64,000 nt of DNA, taken from a virus. Location of the stretch: positions 8,464 to 72,463 of IMG/VR virus record IMGVR_UViG_3300028800_001035; one strand, 5' to 3'. The notes under the pieces are model-generated. The model was not told where the DNA came from, ran no database searches, and saw nothing but the letters and a program-made list of their open reading frames with translations. The position numbers and the translations under genes are program-made. Positions 9,911-18,765 of the stretch are shown here, in pieces (positions within the stretch are counted from its first letter, which is position 1; the number at the start of each line of letters is the position of its first letter).

Positions 9911-11689
9911 ATGGCCGTCAAGAGCGTTATAGAAGTCGAGGTCGACGACGGCGCGTTCAAGACGTTCAAGGCGCTCTTCGACAAATTCAAGGAGCAGGCC
10001 GCCGAGATCCCGGAGGTCTGGGCTCAAGTCGGCAAGGAGACCAAGGGCTCCGCCGGTAACTTCGCCGATATGACCGCCGCGCTTATGGCGCAGGCGCATT
10101 TGATGGACGCGCTCGAGAAGAAGCGCCGGGCCGCCGACCGGGCCGTCGACAAGGAAACGACGAGCTGGAAGCGCATCTCGACCTACTCGAAAGAGGTCGC
10201 GGGCAACATCGGCAAGGCGACGGTCGCGCTTCTCAAGTGGGGAGCCTTGACCGGCGTCGTCTCCGGCCTCCTAGGCGGGGGCGGCCTCTACGGGATAGAC
10301 CGCCTAGCCCTCGGCGTCGGGGCCGGTAGGCGCTCGTCCCTGGGACTAGGGATCGGCTACGGCGAGCAGAAGTCCTTCGAGACCAACTTCGGCCGGATCG
10401 TCGACCCGAACTCCTTCCTTTCCGGGGTCAACGAATCCCTTCACGACGTTACCAAGCGCTGGATGCTCCAGGCGGCGGGCGTCAAGGCTTCGACGATCGC
10501 GGGCGGCGACACCGGGGCGGTCGGGGTCGAACTCCTCAACTCCGTCAAGACCCTCGTCGACCGGACCCCGGCGAACCAGCTTCAGCAGCTCTCGGATTCC
10601 CGGGGGCTCGGTCAGTTTTATTCCCTCCAGGACCTCGTCCGGCTCAAAGCCACCTCTCGCGAGGAGCTCGCGACGCAGGGCGCAGCGTTCCGACGCGACG
10701 CGGGCTCGTTCGGTCTCGACGACCGGACGCAGCGCCGCTTTCAGGACTTCGCGACCCAGCTCTCCCGGGCCGGTCGCAAGATCGAGACGGTCTTCGTCGA
10801 AGGCCTCTCCCCCCTGGTCCCGTCCCTCTCCAAATTGTCAGAATCCGTCGCCGACGCGCTCGGCTCGTTCCTCAAGAGCATCAAGCCGTCCGACGTCGAC
10901 GCGATCGGAAAAGACATAACCGACTTCGCGAAGTACCTCGGCTCGCCCGAGTTCAAGAAGAACCTTCACGACTTCGGCGCGGACGTCGGAAGCCTCGCGC
11001 ACGCGATCGCCGACGCGCTCCACGCGCTCGGCAAGCACTCCGTCCAGGACGCCGCGTTCGGCGCGGCGGCGGGTTTCGTCGTAGGCGGCGTACCCGGCGC
11101 GGTCGTTGGCGGCCTCGTTGGCGGCGCAGTCGGCGCTGGTCGCGATGGCGTAACGGTCTCGCACGTCGAAGGCGGCAAGACGATCGTCGATAGACCCGAC
11201 CTCGTCGGGAAGGGCTTCGTCGACGACGGCAAGTTTCACGTCCTTCATCCCGAGACCTGGGGTCGCGGCTGGACCCGGCCGAACGATACCAACCCCGGCA
11301 ACATCGAGAAACTCGACGGGACGGGCTATCGGACTTTCGCCAATCCTGGTGAGGGCGTTCGCGCGGTCGCGGATCAGCTCAAGCGGTACGAATACTCGAA
11401 CAAGTGGGGGCACCTCGATACGATCGCGAAGATCATCGCGACCTACGCTCCCGCCAAGGCCGGAAACAACGTCGGCGCGTACATCAAGGACGTCGTCGGG
11501 CAGACGGGGTACAAGGCCGATCAGCATCTAGAACTTTCCGACAATAGGGTCCTCGCGAAGCTGACGTCGGCGATCCTCCGCCACGAGAACATCAAGAAAA
11601 ATTCGGGCTACACGCCGGAGAAGACCTTGCAGATCATCAACAATACGGGCGGCAACGCGATGGTCGTCGCCTCGCAGGCCGCTAGGTGA
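9911..11689 (+). CDS. tape measure protein with C-terminal lysozyme-like domain
   Basis: Ala/Gly-rich helical protein; C-terminal NPGNI...F...GVRA...TIAKIIATYAP...AYIKDV motif. Confidence 0.8.
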   Translation: MAVKSVIEVEVDDGAFKTFKALFDKFKEQAAEIPEVWAQVGKETKGSAGNFADMTAALMAQAHLMDALEKKRRAADRAVDKETTSWKRISTYSKEVAGNIGKATVALLKWGALTGVVSGLLGGGGLYGIDRLALGVGAGRRSSLGLGIGYGEQKSFETNFGRIVDPNSFLSGVNESLHDVTKRWMLQAAGVKASTIAGGDTGAVGVELLNSVKTLVDRTPANQLQQLSDSRGLGQFYSLQDLVRLKATSREELATQGAAFRRDAGSFGLDDRTQRRFQDFATQLSRAGRKIETVFVEGLSPLVPSLSKLSESVADALGSFLKSIKPSDVDAIGKDITDFAKYLGSPEFKKNLHDFGADVGSLAHAIADALHALGKHSVQDAAFGAAAGFVVGGVPGAVVGGLVGGAVGAGRDGVTVSHVEGGKTIVDRPDLVGKGFVDDGKFHVLHPETWGRGWTRPNDTNPGNIEKLDGTGYRTFANPGEGVRAVADQLKRYEYSNKWGHLDTIAKIIATYAPAKAGNNVGAYIKDVVGQTGYKADQHLELSDNRVLAKLTSAILRHENIKKNSGYTPEKTLQIINNTGGNAMVVASQAAR

Positions 11690-12357
11690 GCGGCGCGGGC
11701 CGTGCCCAGTTCGACCTCTCCTTCCAGATCAGCCCGATCATCTTGGTCGGGGGGATCGCGGCGGGACAGACCGGCGGAATGTCAATCTCCGATCTCCTCG
11801 GGGAATCGGACTCGGACGAGCCGTTCGCCAAGTTCATACCGCTCAACGGCGGGACGATCATCGACCAGGCGGTCGCGACCTTCCCGTTCGCGAACCAAAC
11901 GGTCGCAGCCAACGCGGTCATAGCAAACCCGAACGTCGTCTCCCTCAAGATGATCGTTCCGGCGGTGGACGGCTTCAGCTACGGGCAGAAACTGCAAGTC
12001 ATAACGGCGCTACAATCCTCGCTCGCGAAGCACAACGCGCAGGGTGGAACCTACACCGTCGCGACGCCCTCCTTCTACTACGACAACTGCCTCTTGACCG
12101 CCCTCCGCGACATCTCCGGCGGCGAGTCGAAGCAGGCGCAGATCGAGTGGCAATTCGACTTCTTCCAGCCGCTGATCACGCTCGCGGCCGCAGCCGCCGC
12201 GCAGAGCACGCTTATGAGCAAGGTTTCCAACGCGACGCCGGTCGACGGCGATCCGCCCGCGTGGTCCGGCCTCTCGACGACCTCCGGCTCGCCGCCGGGC
12301 GTCGGATCGACCGGATCGACCCCGTCCGCCGCGCCGCCCGTCGGGAGCCCGCCGTGA
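11686..12357 (+). CDS. tail tube initiator / Dit-like baseplate protein
   Basis: Follows the tape measure gene; YTVATP..YYDNCLLT pattern. Confidence 0.6.
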   Translation: MSGAGRAQFDLSFQISPIILVGGIAAGQTGGMSISDLLGESDSDEPFAKFIPLNGGTIIDQAVATFPFANQTVAANAVIANPNVVSLKMIVPAVDGFSYGQKLQVITALQSSLAKHNAQGGTYTVATPSFYYDNCLLTALRDISGGESKQAQIEWQFDFFQPLITLAAAAAAQSTLMSKVSNATPVDGDPPAWSGLSTTSGSPPGVGSTGSTPSAAPPVGSPP

Positions 12358-12842
12358 CGACGTATTTCGAGTTCGCGCCGACCAACACGGCGGCGTTTCA
12401 ATTTCAACCGACGTTCGACGGCGTGGTCTACAACGTCGCCGTCCCATGGCTCCTCTTCGGCCGCCGCTACTACGTCGCCTGCTACGCGCTCGACGGGACC
12501 CTCCAGTTCCTCTTGCCGCTGATCGGCTCGCCGACGGGGTTCGAGATACAGGCGATCGAGTGGGAGCGCGGCAACGCGATCGTCACGACGGTCGAACCGC
12601 ACGGCTTCAAGATCGGATCGACGACCGAGGTGACGATCTCCGGCGTCGCCCCGGCCGCGTACGACGGCAAATTCAAGGCCCTCGCGGTCGACCCCGTCAC
12701 CCTCTCCTACCCCCTGGCCGCCAACCCCGGCCAGGCGACGGCGCTCGGAAGCGCGAACCGCGATATAAGCATGACGGCGGGGTACTTCAATTCGACCCTC
12801 GTCTATCGTGCCGCGAACAAGACCTTCGAGGTCTCGCCCTAG
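12354..12842 (+). CDS. baseplate protein with an inserted small beta domain
   Basis: GTG at 12354 overlaps the upstream stop; FQFQPTFDG..YN N-terminus; TTVEPHGF insert. Confidence 0.6.
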   Translation: MTTYFEFAPTNTAAFQFQPTFDGVVYNVAVPWLLFGRRYYVACYALDGTLQFLLPLIGSPTGFEIQAIEWERGNAIVTTVEPHGFKIGSTTEVTISGVAPAAYDGKFKALAVDPVTLSYPLAANPGQATALGSANRDISMTAGYFNSTLVYRAANKTFEVSP

Positions 12843-13834
12843 TGCGGTATTACAAGATCGTTCTCAAGAACGCGACGAGCGGCGAAGTCATCCGGCCCGC
12901 CTCGATGACGAACCTCGACGCCGATTCGAGCTACGCGAGCTACGCGGGCGGCGCGACCCTTCCGGGCGCGCTCAACGTCGAGCTCGACCTCCCGGTCTCG
13001 TCCTTCGCAACGCCAGCCGGAGCGGCCTACGTTAAGATCTGGGGCGTCTCCCTCGCGGAGATCGCCCAGTCGAACGACCTCGCCGGTTGCAAGATCGAAG
13101 TCTACGGCGGAATGCAGAAAGGCCTTCCGCTCGCCAAGCCAGCGCAGGCGGGGCTCTTGGTTCAGGGGGTGGTTTCGCAGGCCTTCGGCAACTGGGTCGG
13201 GACCGAGATGTCCCTCGACCTGATCGTCGTAGCCGACGCCGGGACGAGCGAAGCGCCGAAGAACATCGTCCTCGACTGGAAGAAAGGCGCGACCCTCTCG
13301 GACGCGCTTTCCTCGACCTTGACGAACGCGTTCCCGGGATCGACGGCGAAGATCAACATCGACCCCGGCCTCGTCGCGACGCAGGATCAGCAGGGGTTCT
13401 ACGCGACGATGACGCAGCTAAACTCCTACCTCGTCTCGGCGAGCAAGGGGATTATAAAGCGCGACGGCTACATCGGGGTTCAAGTCGCGCAGCTCGGCAA
13501 CGCCTTCAACGTCTACGACGGGACGACGAAGTCGACGCCGAAGGAGATCGCGTTCGAGGACCTACTCGGGCAGCCGACGTGGATCGGACCTAGCGTCGTT
13601 CAATTCAAGACGGTTATGCGGGCGGACGTCGTCCTCGACGACTACGTCAAGCTCCCCGCGCCTCAGGTCTCCGCGACGGCGGCGGGAACGCCGCCGTTCG
13701 GGAGCGGGATCAAGCAGAAGAGCGCGTTCCAGGGTTCGTTTCAGATCATAGACGTGCATAGCTACGGAAGCTTCCGGCAGCCCGACGCCTACGCTTGGAA
13801 TACGACGTTCAACGCGGTCCCGGAGCTGCAATGA
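12842..13834 (+). CDS. baseplate hub protein
   Basis: GTG start at 12842; position before the spike gene. Confidence 0.65.
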   Translation: MRYYKIVLKNATSGEVIRPASMTNLDADSSYASYAGGATLPGALNVELDLPVSSFATPAGAAYVKIWGVSLAEIAQSNDLAGCKIEVYGGMQKGLPLAKPAQAGLLVQGVVSQAFGNWVGTEMSLDLIVVADAGTSEAPKNIVLDWKKGATLSDALSSTLTNAFPGSTAKINIDPGLVATQDQQGFYATMTQLNSYLVSASKGIIKRDGYIGVQVAQLGNAFNVYDGTTKSTPKEIAFEDLLGQPTWIGPSVVQFKTVMRADVVLDDYVKLPAPQVSATAAGTPPFGSGIKQKSAFQGSFQIIDVHSYGSFRQPDAYAWNTTFNAVPELQ

Positions 13835-14526
13835 GCTTCAACGCGCAGAAGACGCCGGGCGGGAAGAGCCTCAACGAGCTGACCCGGATGCGGACCGGCG
13901 ACGCGCGGCAGGTCGTCGGGCAGCGCCTGCCGTGCTCCGTTACCGCCGTCGACGGCGCGATGGTCACCGTCAAGTTCGAGATCGCGACGGAGGACTTTAC
14001 GCTCCCGAGCGTGACGGTCCCGATCGCCAACTCGATATACGTCCGCGAGCCGACGCAGGTCAGCGACAAGGGCTATGTTCAGGCCGCCGACGCGCGCCTC
14101 GGCGGCGTCGCCGGGCTCTTCGAAGGCTCGGCCGACCTCTCGACGCCTTCGAACCTCGGCGCACTCGTCTTCGTCCCAATCGGCAACGCAACTTGGGAAC
14201 CTGTCCCCGACCCCGACAAGCTGACGCTCCAGGGGCCGAAGGGCTTCTACCTCCGCGACCTCCCGGAGTCCGGCGGCGACGAGACCTTCTCAATCGTCGG
14301 CGACAAGGACTCTGGGACGATCACGATAAAGGTCGGAAACGACGTCTCGGCCGTTCTCAGCGCGACGGAGATTCTCTTCAAGGTCAAGACGAACGCAACA
14401 ATCAAGATGATAGACGGCGAGATCGACATCGACGCGACGACGGTCAAGATCAACGGGCACGATTTCAATACGCACGAGCACTCGGGGGTTCAGACCGGAG
14501 GCGGAAACACGGGAGGCGTCGTTTGA
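13831..14526 (+). CDS. baseplate central spike (gpV/gp138-like)
   Basis: C-terminal beta repeats ending in HEHSGVQTGGGNTG (HxH metal tip). Confidence 0.85.
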   Translation: MSFNAQKTPGGKSLNELTRMRTGDARQVVGQRLPCSVTAVDGAMVTVKFEIATEDFTLPSVTVPIANSIYVREPTQVSDKGYVQAADARLGGVAGLFEGSADLSTPSNLGALVFVPIGNATWEPVPDPDKLTLQGPKGFYLRDLPESGGDETFSIVGDKDSGTITIKVGNDVSAVLSATEILFKVKTNATIKMIDGEIDIDATTVKINGHDFNTHEHSGVQTGGGNTGGVV

Positions 14527-14870
14527 GGACTTACGGACGCGCCGTCGACCCGAACACCGGCAAGTTCGGCTGGATGATTGTCGAGACGGCGGCGGACGGG
14601 TCGAACGACTACGTCTACCTGACGACGCTCTGCCAGGTCCTCCTTCTCAACCTCAACGAGTCGCCGTTCTTCGCCAACTATGGTATCCCGGCGCACCAAT
14701 CCGTCGCGCAGCAGATCGCGCCCGACTTCTACGTCGCCGCGACGCAGCGGCAATTCGCGGGCTTCTTCGCGAGCCTCGTCATCAACAAGATCAAGGCGAT
14801 CCCGCCGACCTATGCGGTCCGGGTCATCACCAACCAGGGCGTTAAGATGGAAGCGACGGTGGCAATTTGA
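14523..14870 (+). CDS. baseplate wedge / sheath initiator (gp25-like)
   Basis: TTG start (MRTYGR); ESPFFANYGIP motif; lies between spike and J-like gene. Confidence 0.65.
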   Translation: MRTYGRAVDPNTGKFGWMIVETAADGSNDYVYLTTLCQVLLLNLNESPFFANYGIPAHQSVAQQIAPDFYVAATQRQFAGFFASLVINKIKAIPPTYAVRVITNQGVKMEATVAI

Positions 14871-16297
14871 GCACGGGACTGCCGCTCGTCATGACCGCCG
14901 CCGGTCCGCAGCCGACCGCGCCCGCGACGCTCCGCGCGGAACTCCTCGCGTCGGTCGCGGCGACCAACCCGGGCTACACGGCGAACCTGCCCGCCTCGCT
15001 GATCGAGGACGTCGCGAGCACGGACGTCGGCGCGCTCGTAATCGCCGACACGGCCCGCGTCGAAACCGTCAACTCCCTGACGCCCTACGGCGCGAACCCC
15101 TTCCTGCTCAACCAGCTCGGGCAGGTCTACGGCGTCCCGATCGGCGAGCCGACGAGTACGTCGGTCTTCCTCGTCTTCTCCGGCCCGGCGGGCTTCGTCA
15201 TCGGGAAGGGCTTCCTCGTCTCGGACGGGACGCACCAGTACGCGGCGGCCGACGGCGGCGTCATCGACGGAACGCTTCAGTCGACCCCCCTGTTCTTCGT
15301 CGCGACCTCGCAGGGATCTTGGCCGGTCCCGGCCAACTCCGTGACGACGTTGATCACGTCGATCCCGACTTCGGTTAGCACCATTACCGCGACGAACCCA
15401 CTCCCGGGCGTTCCCGGCATCGCGACCGGCGAGACCGAGGAGTCCTACCGGGCGCGCGTCCTTCAGGCCGGGCTCGCGGCGAGCCAGGGGATGACGCGCT
15501 ACCTCAAGACGCTCCTCGGGCAAGTCTCGGGAACGCAGACGCGCTTGATCTCGGTGCGGCAAATCGTCGGCGCGGGATGGGAAGTCATCTGCGGCGGCGG
15601 CGATCCCTACGAGGTCGCGTTCGCGATCTTCCAGGCGCTCTTCGACATCAACACGCTCGTCGGCTCGACGATAAAGATCACCGGGATTACGAACGCGACG
15701 CTCGGCGTCGTCACGACGGACCTCAACCACGGGCTCGTGACGGGGCAGAACAACGTTCACATCGCCGGGGTCGTCGGAATGACCGGCGCGAACGGAGGCC
15801 CGTATACCGTAACCGTTCTGACAGAGAAGACTTTCACGTTCGGGGTCAACACGAGCGGCTTCGGGGCCTACGTCTCCGGCGGCGTCGTTACGCCGAACGC
15901 GCGGAACGTCGTCGTCGACGTTGACGATTATCCCGATACGTATGCGATCCCGTTCGTCAACCCGCCGCAGCAGTCCGTGACGATGAACGTTACGTGGAAC
16001 ACCAACGCGACAAACTTCGTTAGCGCGGCGGCGGTCGCGCAGCTCGCGATCCCGGCGCTGACGGACTACGTCAACTCGATCGGCGTCGGCCAGCCGATCA
16101 ACCTCCTCGAGATGACGACGATCTTTCAGGCGGCGATAACGCCGGTTTTGATTCCGGACCTCCTCGTCCGCCTCGTCTTCTCCGTCAACATCAACGGCGT
16201 GACGACCGCTCCCCCGGCTGGCGAGAGCGTCATCAACGGCGACCCGGAGTCCTATTTCTTCGCCGCGCAGTCCGGAATAGTGGTCGTTCAGGGATGA
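14867..16297 (+). CDS. baseplate J-like wedge protein
   Basis: LNQLGQVYG and GETEESYRARV motifs; FCCH-like insert. Confidence 0.85.
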   Translation: MSTGLPLVMTAAGPQPTAPATLRAELLASVAATNPGYTANLPASLIEDVASTDVGALVIADTARVETVNSLTPYGANPFLLNQLGQVYGVPIGEPTSTSVFLVFSGPAGFVIGKGFLVSDGTHQYAAADGGVIDGTLQSTPLFFVATSQGSWPVPANSVTTLITSIPTSVSTITATNPLPGVPGIATGETEESYRARVLQAGLAASQGMTRYLKTLLGQVSGTQTRLISVRQIVGAGWEVICGGGDPYEVAFAIFQALFDINTLVGSTIKITGITNATLGVVTTDLNHGLVTGQNNVHIAGVVGMTGANGGPYTVTVLTEKTFTFGVNTSGFGAYVSGGVVTPNARNVVVDVDDYPDTYAIPFVNPPQQSVTMNVTWNTNATNFVSAAAVAQLAIPALTDYVNSIGVGQPINLLEMTTIFQAAITPVLIPDLLVRLVFSVNINGVTTAPPAGESVINGDPESYFFAAQSGIVVVQG

Positions 16298-17109
16298 TCC
16301 CGTCTTCCGCGATCGGCTCCTTCGTCATCGGACGTTCCCCGATCGGGGCGTTCGTTCCGCCGCCGCCGCCGGTTCCGTTTCCGCCGCCGGGTCCGACGAC
16401 GGTCACGAAGGTCATACCGGCCTACCTCTATCAAGAGTACAACGACGACGACGACCTTCAGGGGTTCTTCGCGGCGCAGAACGCGCTAGCGCAGGACATC
16501 GTCGGCTGGTTCGCGACGATCGGCCTCCCGGTCTACACCGGGGAGCAGGTCTCCAACCTCCTCCTCGACTGGGTCATCGCCGGACTCTACGGGATCGAAG
16601 GCCGACCGGCCCTCCCGTCGGGGACGAACCAAGACGTCGGCCCGCTAAACACGTGGGCGCTCAACACCCTCGCGCTCAACGCCTACGAGATCATCGGGAA
16701 CCAAAACTTCTACGCGACGACGGACGACATCTTCCGCCGCATCTTGACCTGGCACTTCTACAAGGGCGACGGGAAGGTCTTCACGATACGCTGGCTCAAG
16801 CGCCGCATCATGCGGTTCTTGACCGGCGTCGACGGGACGGCTGGAGAGACCGACGAGACCTACCCGATCTCGGTCTCGTTCGGCGCGGGGAACCAGGTCA
16901 ACATCGGGGTTGCGAACGGGACGCGGACGATCACGACGAGCGCCCTCCTCAACACGTTCGCGCTCAATACGGTCGCCCTCAACGAGCTCGACTCGACCTT
17001 CGTCCCGGAGCCGCCGTTTCCGCTCGCGCCGATCCTCAAGGCGGGGATCGACTCGGGCGTTCTCGAGCTACCTTTTCAGTTCACATACGTCGTGACGATC
17101 ACGACCTAG
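16294..17109 (+). CDS. baseplate wedge protein (I / DUF2612-like)
   Basis: Follows J; LLDWV..LYG and DDIFRRIL motifs. Confidence 0.7.
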   Translation: MIPSSAIGSFVIGRSPIGAFVPPPPPVPFPPPGPTTVTKVIPAYLYQEYNDDDDLQGFFAAQNALAQDIVGWFATIGLPVYTGEQVSNLLLDWVIAGLYGIEGRPALPSGTNQDVGPLNTWALNTLALNAYEIIGNQNFYATTDDIFRRILTWHFYKGDGKVFTIRWLKRRIMRFLTGVDGTAGETDETYPISVSFGAGNQVNIGVANGTRTITTSALLNTFALNTVALNELDSTFVPEPPFPLAPILKAGIDSGVLELPFQFTYVVTITT

Positions 17110-17125
17110 CGGAGACCTATCGAAG

Positions 17126-18232
17126 ATGGTCAACACCTTCCTCTACGCGAACAACGCCAAGTCGGCCCTCGCCGGGGCGATCACGAACGTCGCGACGTCG
17201 GCGAACTTGACGTCCGGCTCCGGCGTCCTCTTCCCGAACCCGGTCGCCGGACAACAGTTCGCGATGACCTTCGTCGACGCGGCGACTGGCCTCCTCAACG
17301 AGATCGTCTACGTCACGTCGCGGTCGGGCGATACCGTCACGATGGTTCGCGCGCAAGAAGGTACGACCGCCCTCGCCTGGAGCGCCGGAGACATCGCGGC
17401 GAGCCTTATGACGGCGGGGAACATGGCGCAGTTCCTTCAGCCGGGAAATACGACCTACCTTCGAACGCGGCTTGCGACGAATACTACGTTCTACGCGTCG
17501 AACACCGGAAACGATAGCACAGGCGACGGCACCGTCGGCAATCCGTGGGCGACGATGGCTCACGCTATCGCCGTCGTATATCAAAGCTATGACGCGAATG
17601 GCGCAACGGTAACAATCAAATGGAATGCTGCCGTTACAAACACTGAAAATTTGATCATAAACGGGCCGATGGTCGGCGTCGGATTGCCTTCTAATTTCGT
17701 CTTGGATTTCAACTCTCAGACGATGAGCCCGTCGGCTACGGCCGATTGCATAATCGCGCAAATGAACGCGCTTGTCTCCATTCAGAACGTTATCCTCACG
17801 AATACGCACTCCGCCGGGTGCCTTACGGCTCAGTATGGTGGCCAAATTCAAATCGCAGCTGGTGTTACCTTCGGAAGCGCGACCGGTGCAAATCATATTC
17901 TTGCTCAGGTAGGCGGCCGGGTAACGTCTAGCGCAAATTATACGATCACCGGTAGCGCGGCTTCGCACGTAAATTGCAACGACAACGGCATTGCTGTAAT
18001 GCTAGGCGGGGCGACGACGACAATTACCGGAACGCCCGCCTTTTCTCTCGCGTTTATCTTTTGCAATTCCAACGGGTTCTTCGGTTGGACCGCCGCAACA
18101 TTCTCTGGCGCTGCAACGGGATCGCGCTACAGCGCGTCGCTTAATGGTGTTATCTTCACGAATGGCGCGGGCGCGACTTATTTTCCAGGAAATTCGGCTG
18201 GCTCAACATCGACCGGCGGACAGTACGACTAA
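17126..18232 (+). CDS. tail fibre / receptor-binding protein
   Basis: Baseplate-anchor N-terminus (ANNA...EIVYVTSRSGD...RAQEGT), GNDSTGDGT..NPWAT motif, lower-GC C-terminal half. Confidence 0.8.
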   Translation: MVNTFLYANNAKSALAGAITNVATSANLTSGSGVLFPNPVAGQQFAMTFVDAATGLLNEIVYVTSRSGDTVTMVRAQEGTTALAWSAGDIAASLMTAGNMAQFLQPGNTTYLRTRLATNTTFYASNTGNDSTGDGTVGNPWATMAHAIAVVYQSYDANGATVTIKWNAAVTNTENLIINGPMVGVGLPSNFVLDFNSQTMSPSATADCIIAQMNALVSIQNVILTNTHSAGCLTAQYGGQIQIAAGVTFGSATGANHILAQVGGRVTSSANYTITGSAASHVNCNDNGIAVMLGGATTTITGTPAFSLAFIFCNSNGFFGWTAATFSGAATGSRYSASLNGVIFTNGAGATYFPGNSAGSTSTGGQYD

Positions 18233-18765
18233 TGACCTCCCTCGCCTGGGGCGCTCGCGTCTCCCCTCTCTTCCGGACGACGGTCGTCGGAATCGCGAGC
18301 GACCTCGCGATCTCCGACCCGTCGTGGCTTATGGCCGCGATGGCGTTCGAGACCGGGGAACGGTTCGCGCCCGACGTCCGCAACGGCGCGGGCTCCGGCG
18401 CGGTCGGCTTGATCCAGTTTATGCCGCAAACCGCCGCCGCCTTGGGAACCTCGACCGACGAGCTCGCCGCGATGACGCCCGAGACGCAGCTCGGCTTCGT
18501 TAAGGCCTACTTCGAGCCGCGCGCCGGTAGGCTCAACAGCCTCGGAGACGTCTACGGTGCTATCCTGTGGCCCGCGATGATCGGCAAGCCCGACGACGCG
18601 GTCGTCTTCGACGAGGCCGACCCGCACCACCCGAAGCTCTACCTTCAGAACAAGGGCCTCGACCTCAACGCCGACGGTAAAATAACCAAGGCCGAAGTCG
18701 TCTCGCGCGTCGCGCGCGAGCTCGACCGGGGCCTCCTCCCGAACAACTCGACGGAGATCGTATGA
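18232..18765 (+). CDS. endolysin (lysozyme / SLT-like fold)
   Basis: AMAFETG catalytic Glu, GAVGLIQFMP motif, EF-hand-like DLNADGKIT. Confidence 0.8.
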   Translation: MTSLAWGARVSPLFRTTVVGIASDLAISDPSWLMAAMAFETGERFAPDVRNGAGSGAVGLIQFMPQTAAALGTSTDELAAMTPETQLGFVKAYFEPRAGRLNSLGDVYGAILWPAMIGKPDDAVVFDEADPHHPKLYLQNKGLDLNADGKITKAEVVSRVARELDRGLLPNNSTEIV

